This document shows positions 37,569 through 49,060 of a stretch of 64,000 bases of DNA, one piece after another; the first letter of the stretch is position 1; each line of letters begins with the position of its first letter. The notes under the pieces were generated by a model. That model saw only the letters and a list, made by a program, of their open reading frames with translations, did no database searches and was not told the DNA's origin. Both the position numbers and the translations under genes were made by a program. The stretch lies in NCBI GenBank assembly GCA_038087875.1, contig CM075997.1, positions 6,078,001 through 6,142,000 on the forward strand. The letters run 5' to 3'. This DNA is from Malacoraja senta. Lineage: Eukaryota.

Positions 37569-38356
37569 CAGAAAGCAGAAATGCAAACCTGGGGTTTCTC
37601 CCAATCAGCTGCTTCCTCTAGTCCGCTTCCACCAATCAGCGGCCTCCACCAGAACACTTCCCCTGAAGTGTGGAACGTTGCAGATTGGGCTCCTCCTCTC
37701 GCTCCAACGGCTCCTCAGCCTCTGTGGAGTAAAGCCCCGCGCTCGAGTTTATAACTCACCGCCCAGAAACTCCTCCTCTCGATCCAACGGCTCCTCAGCC
37801 TACGTTAACCTGGCGACAACCTACATTAATCTGGCGACAACTATGACAGCACCTATGTCAGGAGAAGTCAAGCTACGCTCATTGGCGTCACATCCACTGT
37901 CGCCGATTGTCTCCAAAGATTTTTCAACATGTTGAAAATCCAGCGGCGACCAGAAAGACTCTACGACTCTTTGGGAGGCAGAGGAGACTACTCACGACCA
38001 CACAGGCGACACCCCGGTGACCATGTGGCGACAGCCTAGTCGCCTGTAGTCGCCTAAAAAATAGCCTAAGTGAAGGTGGAGAACATGGTGTGACTAAAAA
38101 CAACAGATTCAGAACATGAAAGTCTGTTAAAAATGTCACTAGAAAAATTGTTGTGATGATGTTTTTTTAAGAAGAGATCTGGTTTCAGATGTTTATTTAC
38201 TATTATAATCAGAACAGGTATTGGCAGCGTTTTTCTGATGGGAACAATACGGCATTTATTTCACAAACTTTCACTGCATTTGTAACTTAATACTATAATC
38301 GCTGTGTTTTAACATTATTGGCACATATCTGAATAATGGTCTCATTTACTAAACAG

Positions 38357-38417
38357 GTACTGATGCCCCTGCAGTTATAAACTGTTTGCATATTTTAGCA
38401 AGATCCCTGGATGCCAG
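38357..38417 (+). CDS. RYR1: RyR exon (about exon 62), (G)TDAPAVINCLHILARSLDA(R)
   Basis: aaacag|GTACT acceptor and GCCAG|gtgagc donor; 61 nt; RYR1-type GTDAPAV and ARSLDAR. Confidence 0.94.
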
Positions 38418-38653
38418 GTGAGCATGTTCTTATGCACTTGATGTCCCAAGCTTGAATCAACTTATGACCAGGTCTTCCTTCCTCAATTCTGTCCCATCAA
38501 GCGTTTACTTTTAAATTTGTCCCATGTCTGTATTGAAAGGAATCCCTAGCAGAATAGGCATCTGCACCCATTATCTGACAAGAATTAAAAGAAAGCTATA
38601 TCTGGTTAGAAATTCAGAACTTTTGAAACGTGTACTTTTCTCTTTGTTAATAG

Positions 38654-38892
38654 GACAGTGATGAAATCTGGACCAGAAATAGTGAAAGCTGGTTTGCGGT
38701 CATTCTTTGAGGGAGCTGCTGAAGATATTGAGAAAACTGCAGAAAATCTGAAGCTCGGCAAAGTCTCTCAGAGTCGAACCCAAGTGAAAGGAGTTGCTCA
38801 GAATATCAACTACACTACAGTGGCCCTGCTGCCTGTACTCACCTCACTGTTTGATCATGTGGCCCAGCATCAATTCGGAGACGATGTCATGT
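38654..38892 (+). CDS. RYR1: RyR exon (about exon 63), [19 protein letters not shown]...HQFGDDVM
   Basis: taatag|GACA acceptor and ATGT|gtaggt donor; 239 nt; overlaps ORF 38658..39044. Confidence 0.95.
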
Positions 38893-38953
38893 GTAGGTAT
38901 CAAACTGTGCAAGGAGCATTCCTCCCAATTTACATGCACACATTAATCTGTAA

Positions 38954-39174
38954 AGAGCCTGTCCCACTTGGGCGTCATTTGCGCTTCACGCGGATGGCGC
39001 GCAAAGATTTTGTACATCCCAAAATCCAGGGGCGCCGTGCGTGACTGCGCGTCACTGCCTACGTCACCACGCACCATGCGTGCGTAATGCGCACCATGCA
39101 CGCGTCGTGCGTCGTGACGCGTAAATGATGCCGCGTAAATTACGCGCAAATGACGCCCAGGTGGGACAGGCCCT
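38954..39174. mobile_element. PIF/Harbinger-type MITE
   Basis: TIRs AGAGCCTGTCCCAC and GTGGGACAGGCCCT; TAA TSD. Confidence 0.85.
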
Positions 39175-40058
39175 TAACTACACATTAAAATATATACAAC
39201 AGCTTATATTAGTCTGTACTTTCTGACACAGTTAACATTCGTTTAAAAAAAAAAACAGGTTAATCTGTGGCAGCTTTCCTGCCAGCGGCGAACATGCTGC
39301 ACTCTCATGGAGTAAAGAATATAATTACATGTTTTCCACTGCCCACGACAACCGCTGCTTACATTTATGTTTAAAACATATTGATTCATTCCACGGTGCT
39401 TAATAGGGCATTATCAAATAGAAGTTTGAAACCAAGTCATAGGAAAATACATCTGGAGATGTGGTTGTGGAATTACGTTTTAAGGGGCATCTTGAAAGAA
39501 CGAAACGTAGAGAAGTAATTTAGGGAGGAAAATTGCAGAGCATAGGCCCAAGGTAGAACAACCATCTAACAAGCTAACAAGCTCGGAGAAGGCTGCAAGG
39601 GTAGGTGGAAATTGCACAGCGGGAATTGAAGGGTGAGAATTTGAAATTTGAGGCATTATCAAAGCAAGGAGCCGAGGCAGTCAGCAAGCACAAAAATAAA
39701 TAATGTAGTGCAATAATTTACCACCCATTACATTGAAAAGAATCAGGCAGATTGTAGATCCTTGGCACTTCTCAAGATTACCACCCAAGGAGTGATATTG
39801 AAAATTTACCTCAAATATTTTACATGCCGATTTTTACATTTACTTCTATGATCAACTCTATGGATACATTAGATGTAAAACAGGATTTCAAATGCAAGTC
39901 AATGGATATCCACCCTCTTGTTCTCCAGCATCCTCTGCCTCCCACTCTCCTACATTCATATGTTTTCCCTTTCTATCTCTTCATTTGTCCAGATTTTATA
40001 TGCGACCCATATTAAAATTACGTTGTAAAAATTATCAGCACTTTTTCTTATTTTTCAG

Positions 40059-40140
40059 TGGATGATGTTCAAGTTGCTTGCTATCGAATCTTGTCCAGTA
40101 TTTATACTCTTGGAACTACAAAGAACTCTTACGTGGAAAG
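40059..40140 (+). CDS. RYR1: RyR exon (about exon 64), (L)[26 protein letters not shown](R)
   Basis: ttttcag|TGGAT acceptor and GAAAG|gtaagt donor; 82 nt. Confidence 0.94.
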
Positions 40141-40574
40141 GTAAGTATGTTGGATATTCGGATTCAGATTATTGTTTTAGAAACTAGGGTCCAATGAAAT
40201 CCCTTGTTCAAAGTGTGCTGACAAGAGTCCAGGACATGCATGTTCCTATTAGAGTTAAGGCCAAGGCAGGTGAGCGGAAGGGAGCTTCAATGACGAGGGA
40301 AATTGAAGCTGCTGGTTTCATGTGTATCCCTGGAAGAGTTTTGGAAACTTAGGAGCACGCCAAAAAAGAAAATCAGAGGGCAAAAAGGAGGTGGGGATAG
40401 CTCTAGCAGATAACTTTAAGGATAATCCCAAGAGATTTTGGAAGTACATAAAGGGAAAAAGGGTAACTTGATAGAGGATGGGAACCTTCAGGAATAAAAG
40501 TGGTGAAGTCTGTGTGGAGCCACAGGAGATGGGCACGATCCTCAATGAGTATTTCTCCTTTATTTCTACTTTCA

Positions 40575-41245
40575 GATATGATAGAACTTTATTTATCCCA
40601 GGAGAGAAATTGGTCTGCCAGCAGTCATAAAACACAAGATACATGAAACATGAAATTAAAGTGAAGAGTGGAAAGTCCAGGATTGGGGATGTGCAAAGAT
40701 TTGGGGGGGGGGGGGGGGGAGGGGAGTCAGTCTACCCCAGGGGGAGGAGTAGTACAGTTTGATAGCCACAGGGAAAAAGGATCTCCTGTGGCTTTCTGTG
40801 CTGCATCTTGATGGAACCAGTCTGTTGCTGAAGGTGCTCCTCAGGTTGACCAGTGTTGTCATGGAGGGGGTGAGCTGTATTGTCCAAGATGCTCCGCAGT
40901 TTGAGGTGCATCCTCCCCTCCAAGACCACCCCTAGTGAATCCAACTCCACCCCCAGGACGGAGCCAACCTTCCTGAGGAGCTTGTTAATTCTGTTGGCGT
41001 CCGCAGCCTTCGCGAAGAAGATGACACTGTCCACCACCGATTGATAGAACAACTGCAGTATCTTACTGCAGACGCTGAAAGAGCGAAGCCTCCTCAGAAA
41101 GTACAGGTGGCTCGGTCCCTTCTTATACAGTGCCTCGGCATTCCTGGACCAGTCCAGTTTACTGTCCAGGTAAACTCCAAGGTACTTATACTCCTTGGTA
41201 AATTGCACATCCATACCCTTGATGGAGACTGGGGACAGGGGTGTT
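40575..41245 (-). mobile_element. Rex1-type LINE 3' fragment following a CR1 remnant
   Basis: ORF 40732..41253 (YKYLGVYLDSKLDWS..LYFLRRLRSF); aataaa and tail at about 40575-40598. Confidence 0.8.
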
Positions 41246-41996
41246 CCTATCATCCTTTACCATGGATAATTCAATGAAATGGTGCTTTATTTGTTGTATG
41301 TGCTAACTACACAGTGAAATTCATTTTTGCATATTTACACATGTGGGCGCCACTGTGTTTTGGAGCCATTTCCAAAGTCCATAAATAGATGCGATAAAGC
41401 TGATTACGTAGAAAAGGATTTCATTTCAGTTGTATTATTTGCTTCTAGTTCTTCCAGTGTAACAGTGCTGTTATGGATAACTGCATAATTGCCCATAACG
41501 TTATATTGCATGGTATTTCAATGTCATGAAATAACAACCATTTTCATTATATCTGTTAATATGTTAGATGACAGACCATGATCAGTCATAAATAATTGTA
41601 TTAATACTGAAATAATATATCTTCGGAAAGCATCATTCCTCTTCATCAAAAGGACCACAAATACATTGCCACGGTCAAGGCAAATATTGTACTTTATTCA
41701 GTCAAAGGCAGGTTCCTTGCTTAATTAATGTTTTTGTTTGATAATCATTTCAATTATTAAAATTGAAGGATTTGCAAAATGTTAAGAATATTGTGCACCT
41801 TGGATGGACACACGTTTTGTTGCTGACTGATAACACACTGATATTGTGAACGCAGGCATTAATTCCTAATATTTGTAATGTAACTCTCGGGTCGAGATTA
41901 CAGTTGGGTTAGGGTTGAGAATTTCCATTTGGCCTAAGGGAGGGTTTTGAAAAACAAGTTTTTTTTAAATGTTGCATTTTTGGGCCTTTTCTACAG

Positions 41997-42127
41997 GCAG
42001 CGTCCCTCTCTGGGTGAATGTCTCGCACGATTGGCGGCTGCTTTGCCGGTGGCCTTCCTGGAGCACCATCTCAATGACCACAACGTGTGTTCAGTTTACA
42101 ACACAAAGAGTCCACGCGAAAGGGCCA
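41997..42127 (+). CDS. RYR1: RyR exon (about exon 65), [43 protein letters not shown]
   Basis: ctacag|GCAG acceptor and GCCA|gtaagt donor; 131 nt; within ORF 41947..42135. Confidence 0.95.
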
Positions 42128-42222
42128 GTAAGTAGGATTGAAAGTAAACTGTATTAACTTCCATGAAGTGTTACACATTGGTGCATTCTCTGGGTTTGAT
42201 TGATTGGGAAAATTAATATATA

Positions 42223-43197
42223 CTAGACCAAGTGCAGACCTGACCAGGTCTGCTCCCCCAACGCAAGATTCCACCAGTCACCCGTTCCCTCAACGCAAGC
42301 CGTTCCCCCAACGCAATATTGCACCCCTCATAGCCCCCAACTGCGCAGACGCGGCTCATTTCTCCGCATCCACCAGCATTCCCTCCTCCCCCTCTTCACC
42401 CTCCCTCTTCAATCCCTAGAGAGGGAGGGGTGGTGGAGAGGGGGGACAGAGAGAGACGATTAGAGACAGGGAGGGGGAGGGGGTAGAGATCGAAGGAAGG
42501 GGTAGAGGAGGAGAGAGAGGGGTGGGGAGTAGAGAGGGAGGGTAGGGGAGGGGGTAGAGAGAGGGGGGTAGAGAGGGAGGGGGTAGAGAGGGATGCGGTA
42601 GAGAGGGAGAGGGGTAGAGAGAGTGGGAGTGAGGGTAGATGGGGGGGGTTAGTGAGGGAGGGGGATAGAGAGGGCAGGCATGAGGGTAGAGAAGGGGAGG
42701 GAGGGTAGAGAGGGAGGGGGGTAGAGAGTGTGGGAGTGAGGAGCATCTCCCTCCTCTACCCCCCCCCCCCCATCTCGCACTATCACCCCACTCTCCACCC
42801 CATCTCCCACCTCCTCCTCCCCTCACTCCCATTCCCTGCTCCAGGACCTACCCAGGTCGTAGAGCAGCACCAGGGCCTGGAACTGGGCCTGGTTCTCGTA
42901 CTCGGCCCGGCCCTGGCTGTAGACTCCAGCTGTCAGCTCGGCTGCCGCCTGTGTTCCAATAGGCTCGTTCCTGACCCCAGACCCAGGCTCGTCCATGGTT
43001 CCAGCGGCAGCTTCCTTTTCGGCCCCGAGCTCGGCTCTCACTCCAGCTCCAGCCTCATCCTCTCCGTCGGGAGCCGGCAGCGGCCGCCACACGAGTGCGC
43101 TAGAGTGCCCCTCCCTCCCGGAATGTCCCGTCCTGCCTTGCGAGTCTATTGTGATGCTCTCGGGGTTTTTTCTGAAATGGGTGAGTTTAGTATAAAT
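42223..43197 (-). mobile_element. Non-autonomous Helitron-like element; 5' boundary approximate
   Basis: Minus-strand 3' end: hairpin GCAGACCTG-GT-CAGGTCTGC, 7 nt spacer, CTAG followed by T. Confidence 0.6.
42418..42742 (+). repeat. G-rich polypurine low-complexity tract (GGGGGTAGAGAG-like units), followed by a C-rich tract
   Basis: Visible directly in the sequence. Confidence 0.85.
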
Positions 43198-43559
43198 GTT
43201 GCCAAGTTATTTAGGATTCAAGTACAAACTTATCAAAACAAATTAAAATAAACGACTGACCTAAAAACATCATCATGCAGTAGTGTACTTACAGGAGACT
43301 TGCTTGGTCAGGTCTGAAGCCTCATAGTCTTCCCCTTGGAAACACATACATGCACCTCCTAACTCCACCATTTCAGCCTGGTCAGATTGTAGCCACACTA
43401 TCTGCCCCCACCCCGCAACTACATATCCACCTTCCCACACCCAGCCGCCTGCTGAACTCCAATTCCACCAATATCCAGACCTATCCCTTGATCACTATAT
43501 TTTCCCGTTAACCCCTATAATTTATGATCAAAAGGGGGCATTTGGTATAAGAATTGGAA

Positions 43560-43830
43560 CGGAATGACGCAGCAGTAGAGTTGCTGCCTTGCAGCGCCAG
43601 AGACCGGGGTTCGATCCTAACTACTCGTACTGTCACTATAGCTTTTACATTCTCCCTGTGACGGCGTGGGTTTTGTCCCGGTGCTCCAGTTTTCTTCCAT
43701 GTACCAAAGACGTACAGGTTTGTAGGTTAATTGCCGTCTAAATTGTGCCTAGTGTGTAGGATAGAACTAGTTCACGGGTGATCACTGGCTGGTGCGGACT
43801 AGGTGACCTGTATCTTTAAACTAAACTAAA
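43560..43830 (+). mobile_element. HE1-like V-SINE (diverged)
   Basis: gcagcagtagagttgctgcc..ggggttcgatcc; (ctaaa)n tail. Confidence 0.75.
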
Positions 43831-44479
43831 CATTGTGTAGACTGCATTTGGAGTATTGTGTACAGTTCTGGTTATACCACTGTAGGATATGGTAACGATA
43901 AGATGAGGAAGATATTCACCAGGGTATTCCCTGGAATGAAGGCTCCAGTTATTGGAAGAGATTGGATGGGTCGGGTTTATTCTTACTAGAACGTAGGAGG
44001 CTGATGGATGATCTCAATAGAGGTTTATAAAATTGATGGAAATAGACAGGAAAGATAATCACAGTCTTTTTTCCAGGGCAGGTGAGTTTTGAACTAGAGG
44101 GTTTAAGATGACGGAGAAATTTAAAGTAGATATGAAATAAGTTTATCCACACAGTGGGTGATTAATTATATGATATGTACTGCCAGTAGAAGTGGTGGGC
44201 GTGGATATAATTATAACCTTTAAACTGCATTAGGTTAAGTACTACGATGGGAAAGACAGGATTTGCATGAATAGGCATGATCATCAGCGTGGAAGCTATC
44301 GGACAAATGGGCTAATTTCTGTGCTGTACGATGTTAAGATTCTATACCTACATTTTTCTCACCAAAGCCACCCTCTCCAGAGGTGAAGAAAACCCACAGG
44401 AAATCTAAACTTGCGAAAACTTCTGGTATTACATAGTACAAAGATATAAAGAGACTAGGAGGTTGTGACAAGTGGAATA

Positions 44480-46040
44480 TTGCTTGGAGGTCTGAGGTTC
44501 CCAGCTGCTTTAAAAGGATATCAATAAGAGTAAAGTGACATGCTTCGATGACAACTGGCAGTAATATCCATAGTAATGAAGTGCTTTGAAAGGTTGGTTA
44601 TGGTGCAATCAAATCCTGCCTCAAGAAAAATATCATCATCCCCTCCAAATTTGTTACCAAGCTCAGGGAACCAGGTCTCTTCGAATCCTTTTGCAACTGG
44701 ATCCTCAACTTCCTCATCAAAAGAACATAATTGGTACATATTATCCCAACATTTCCTCGTCGATGACCATCAGCACAGGAGCACCTCAAGGCTGTCTGCT
44801 CAGCCCCCTGCTCTATTCACTCTATACCCAGGACTGTCTAGCAGAACATAGTTCCAACTCCATCTTTAAATTCACTAGCAAAACCACTGTTGTTAGACAA
44901 ATTACAGATAACGATGAGTGAGAGTATAGGAGGAGATCGATCGTCTGAATGAATGCTGCCAAAACAACAACCTTGCTCTCAACGTCAGTAAAACCAAGGA
45001 ACTGATTGTTGACTTTCGAAGGAAAAGGCAGAGGATCAAACCTGGAGGGAGACAACAACTTCAAATTCCTTGGCATGCATATCTCTGAAGATCTGTCCTG
45101 GACGCAGCACATTGATGCAATCATAAAGTAAGCTCATCAACTCCTCTACTTCCTTAGAAGTTTGAGGAGATTTGGTATGTTGACAAATAGTCTTTTGAAC
45201 TTCTACATGTGTACGGTAGAGACAATATTGACTGGTTGCATCATGTCCTGGGTCAGCATTTCTAATGCCCAGGAATGAAGGAAATTACAACAATTACAGA
45301 ACACTGCCTAGACCATCATGGATACTGACGTCCCCACCATTGAAGGGATCTATAGGAGGCGCTGCCTCAAAAAGGCAGCCATCATCAACAAGGACTTAGC
45401 ATCGCAGAGCTCACGGTCCCTTTGCCAGAGATCGACTTCGAAAGATCCAACTGCGGGAGCCTGTGGACTTAACATCGTGGAGCGCACGGGGGACCGGCTT
45501 CAGAGAGTTCCAAGCCTCAGGAGCTTCGATCTCCCAGATCGTGGGAGCTTCGATTGCCCCGACACGGGGGCTTCAATCGTCGGCTACGGGAGCTTCAGTC
45601 GCCCAGACTGTGGATGGTTCGACTCCCCTGACCGCGGGAGAATAAAGAGGGAAGAAGATTAGACTTTATTGCCTTCCATCACAGTGAGGAATGTGTGGAA
45701 TCAGCTGTGGTGGATGTTTATGTTCACTTTTATGTAGTTATGTAGTTGTTGCTTTTTTTTGTATGGCTGTATGGTAATCGAGTTTCACTGTACCTTAATT
45801 GGTACATGTGACAATAAACAGACCTTGAAACCTTGAACTAGGAACTGCCTTGATTGTACTATGAACTTTGCGCTTGGTTTTTGTCTTTGCACTATATTGT
45901 TTGTTTAGTTTTACATATTGAACATCTTTTTGGTGTTTTTTGTTGTAATTGCTGAATACTATGTTTACATATCTGTTATGCTACTGCAAGTAAGAATTTC
46001 ATTGTTCTGTTTTGGGACATATGACAATAAAACACTCTTG
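44480..46040 (+). mobile_element. Degraded Rex1/Babar LINE with a nested non-coding retroposon (about 45397-45836)
   Basis: MKCFERLV, STGAPQGCLLSPLLYSLYT and LYFLRSLRRFG-like remnants; two AATAAA plus CTTGAA tails. Confidence 0.65.
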
Positions 46041-47051
46041 AATAGATGCATTGAGCAAATCAACGATTGGATGAACCAGAATTTTCTCCAATTAAACAAA
46101 GAAAAAACTGAAATAATTGTTTTTGGAGCCAAGGAAGAACGATTAAAAGTTAGCACCCAGCTTCAAATGGTAATGCTAAAAACAACAAACCAAGCCAGAA
46201 ACTTAGGAGTAGTCATGGACTCAGACCTGAACTTCAACAGCCACATAAAAACAGTCACAAAGTCAGCCTACTATCACCTGAGGAATATATCAAGGATTAA
46301 GCAACTTATGTCTCAGCAGGATTTGGAAAAACTTGTCCATGCATTTATCTTCAGCAGGCTCGACTACTGTAACAGTGTCTTGACAGGTCTCCCTAAAAAG
46401 TCGATCAGACAGCTGCAGTTAATTCAGAACGCTGCTGCTCGAGTCCTCACTAAGACCAAACAAGTAGTTCACATTACTCCAGTTCTGAGGTCTTTACACT
46501 GGCTTCATGTCTGTCAAAGAATTGATTTCAAAATACTACTGTTGGTTTACAAAGCACTGAATGGTTTAGGGCCAAAATACATTTCTGATCTTCTGCTTAG
46601 CTACGAACCACCCAGACCTCTCAGATCGTCTGGGACAGGTCTGCTCTGTGTCCCCAGAGTCAGAACTAAACATGGAGAGGCAGCATTTAGTTTTTATGCA
46701 CCACATATCTGGAACAAACTCCCAGAAAACTGCAGGTCTGCTGCAACTCTCACCTCTTTTAAATCTAGACTGAAGACTTCTCTGTTTGCCGCTGCCTTTC
46801 AGTAAACAATACAATTTATTAATTACCTATACTGCACTGTAACTTCTATTCCTGGTTTTATTCTATTTTAAATATTTTATTTGATTGCTTTTAATTTTGT
46901 AATTATTATCTGAATAATCTAATAATCATTTTATATCTAAATGTCATTTTATATGTGTTTCTTTCAAATGCTTTAAATGTTTTATGTAAAGCACTTTGAA
47001 TTACCTTGTGGTTGAAAGGTGCTATACAAATAAACTTGCCTTGCCTTGCCT
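46041..47051 (+). mobile_element. 5'-truncated L2-clade LINE with (CTTGC)n tail
   Basis: Open frame to 46805 (WMNQNFLQLNKEKTE, RLDYCNS, LHWL, FKSRLKT); aataaa followed by cttgccttgccttgcc. Confidence 0.88.
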
Positions 47052-47443
47052 TGAAACTTGAGGAGGTTAAGGCAGGATATAGTTGATGTATAAAATAATG
47101 CAAAGCCCAGACACATGAATAACAAATGATCTTTTTCCCTCAGTTGTGGGTTCAAGAACTGACTCCAATAGATTTAAATCTAGGTAGATAAATTAAAATG
47201 GTTGCAAAGAAAAAATCAATCTTTGAAAATGGCCTGGAGCAACTCTCTAGAAAAGTGATGAATGGTAGCAGAAGCTCTCATCACAGCACAGTGGCGCAGC
47301 TGGTAGAACTGCTGTCTCACAGGGCCAGAGACCCTGATTCATTCCTGACCTCAGATGCTATCTATTGTGGAGTTTGCATGTTCTCCCTGTGACAGTGTGC
47401 GTTTCGTCTGGGCACTCTCGTTTCCTCCCACGTTACAGATATA

Positions 47444-49060
47444 TAGTGACTTGCAAAGGTTTTCATACCCCTTGAACTTTTCCACATTTTGTCACGTTAC
47501 AACCACAAACGTAAATGTATTTTATTGGGATTTTATGTGATAGACCAACACAAAGTGGTGCATAATTGTGAAGTGGAAGGAAAATGATACATGGTTTTCA
47601 AATTTTTTTACAAATAAAAAACTGAAAAGTGTCACGTGCAAAAGTATTCAGCCCCCCTGAGTCAATACTTCGTAGAACCACCTTTCGCTGCAATTACAGC
47701 TGCAAGTCTTTTGGGGTATGTCTCTACCAGCTTTGCACATCTAGAGACTGAAATTTTTGCCCATTCTTCTTTGCAAAATAGCTCAAGCTCAGTCAGATTG
47801 GATGGAGAGCGTCTGTGAACAGCAATTTTCAAGTCTTGCCAGAGATTCTCAATTGGATTTAGGTCTGGACTTTGACTGGGCCATTCTAACACATGAATAT
47901 GCTTTGATCTAAACCATTCCATTGTAGCTCTGGCTGTATGTTTAGGGTCGTTGTCCTGCTGGAAGGTGAACCTCCGCCCCAGTCTCAAGTCTTTTGCAGA
48001 CTCTAACAGGTTTTCTACCAAGATTGCCCTGTATTTGGCTCCATCCATCTTCCCAGCAACTCTGACCAGCTTCCCTGTCCCTGCTGAAGAAAAGCATCCC
48101 CACAGCATGATGCTGCCACCACCATGTTTCACAGTGGGGATGGTGTGTTCAGGGTGATGTGCAGTGTTAGGTTTCCGCCACACATAGCGTTTTGCATTTA
48201 GGCAAAAAACTTCAATTTTAGTCTCATCTGACCAGAGCACCTTCCTCCACATGTTTGCTGTGTCCCCCACATGGCTTGTGGCAAACTGCAAACGGGACTT
48301 CTTATGGCTTTTTTTCAACAATGGCTTTCTTCTTGCCACTCTTCCATAAAGGCCCGATTTGTGGAGTGCACGACTAATAGTTGTCCTGTGGACAGATTCT
48401 CCCACCTGAGCTGTGGATCTCTGCAGCTCCTCCAGAGTTACCATGGGCTTCTTGGCTGCTTCTCTGATCAATGCTCTCCTTGCTCAGCCTGTCAGTTTAG
48501 GTGGACGGCCATGTCTTGGTAGGTTTGCAGTTGTGCCATACTCTTTCCATTTTCGGATGATGGATTAAACAGTGCTCCGTGAGATGTTCAAAGCTTGGGA
48601 TATTTGTTTATAACCTAACCCTGCTTTACACTTCTCCACAACTTTATCCTTGACCTGTCTGGTGTGTTCCTTGGGCTTCATGATGCTGTTTGTTCACTAA
48701 TGTTCTCTAACAAACTTCTGAGGCCTTCACAGAACAGCTGTATTTATACTGAGATTAGATTACACACAAGTGGACTCTATTTACTAATTAGGTGACTTCT
48801 GAAGGCAATTGGTTGCACTGGATTTTATTTAAGGGTATCAGAGTAAAGGGGGCTGAATACTTTTGCACGCGACACTTTTCAGTTTTTTATTTGTAAAAAA
48901 ATTTGAAAACCATGTATCATTTTCCTTCCACTTCACAATTATGCGCCACTTTGTGTTGGTCTATCACATAAAATCCCAATAAAATACATTTACGTTTGTG
49001 GTTGTAACGTGACAAAATGTGGAAAAGTTCAAGGGGTATGAAAACTTTTGCAAGCCACTG
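47444..49060 (-). mobile_element. Full-length Tc1/mariner transposon (DD34E, IR/DR type, Passport-like), 1617 bp
   Basis: About 213-bp TIRs (47444-47656 and 48848-49060); TA TSD; WSDETK, QQDNDPKH and SPDLNPIE motifs with 34-residue D-E spacing. Confidence 0.93.
47662..48681 (-). pseudogene. Tc1 transposase, 339 codons, two in-frame premature stops
   Basis: ATG at 48681 (MKPKEHTRQVKDKVVEK); TAA at 48565-48567 and TGA at 48484-48486; the same frame continues as ORF 47662..48471. Confidence 0.88.

Larger units (their letters stand above)
33026..37798 (-). mobile_element. Near full-length CR1 LINE: 5'UTR, intact ORF1, disrupted ORF2 (APE-RT), tail
   Basis: ORF2 pieces 35622..35882 (NARSI, ITETWL), 34920..35585 (GDFN, SDHN), 34207..34806, 33832..34122 (FADD) and 33216..34037. 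Confidence 0.92.
32875..38072. mobile_element. PIF/Harbinger-type MITE split by a CR1 insertion (pieces at about 32875-33025 and 37799-38072)
   Basis: TTA then AGGGCCTGTCCCACCTAGGCTATTTTTAGGCGACT; complementary AGTCGCCTAAAAAATAGCCTAAGTG at about 38048-38072, with the outer TIR lost. Confidence 0.7.

Noticed and set aside
42396..43251. Pro/Ser/Leu-rich ORFs of 116-173 aa
   Set aside because: They arise from low-complexity G/C tracts that lack stop codons.
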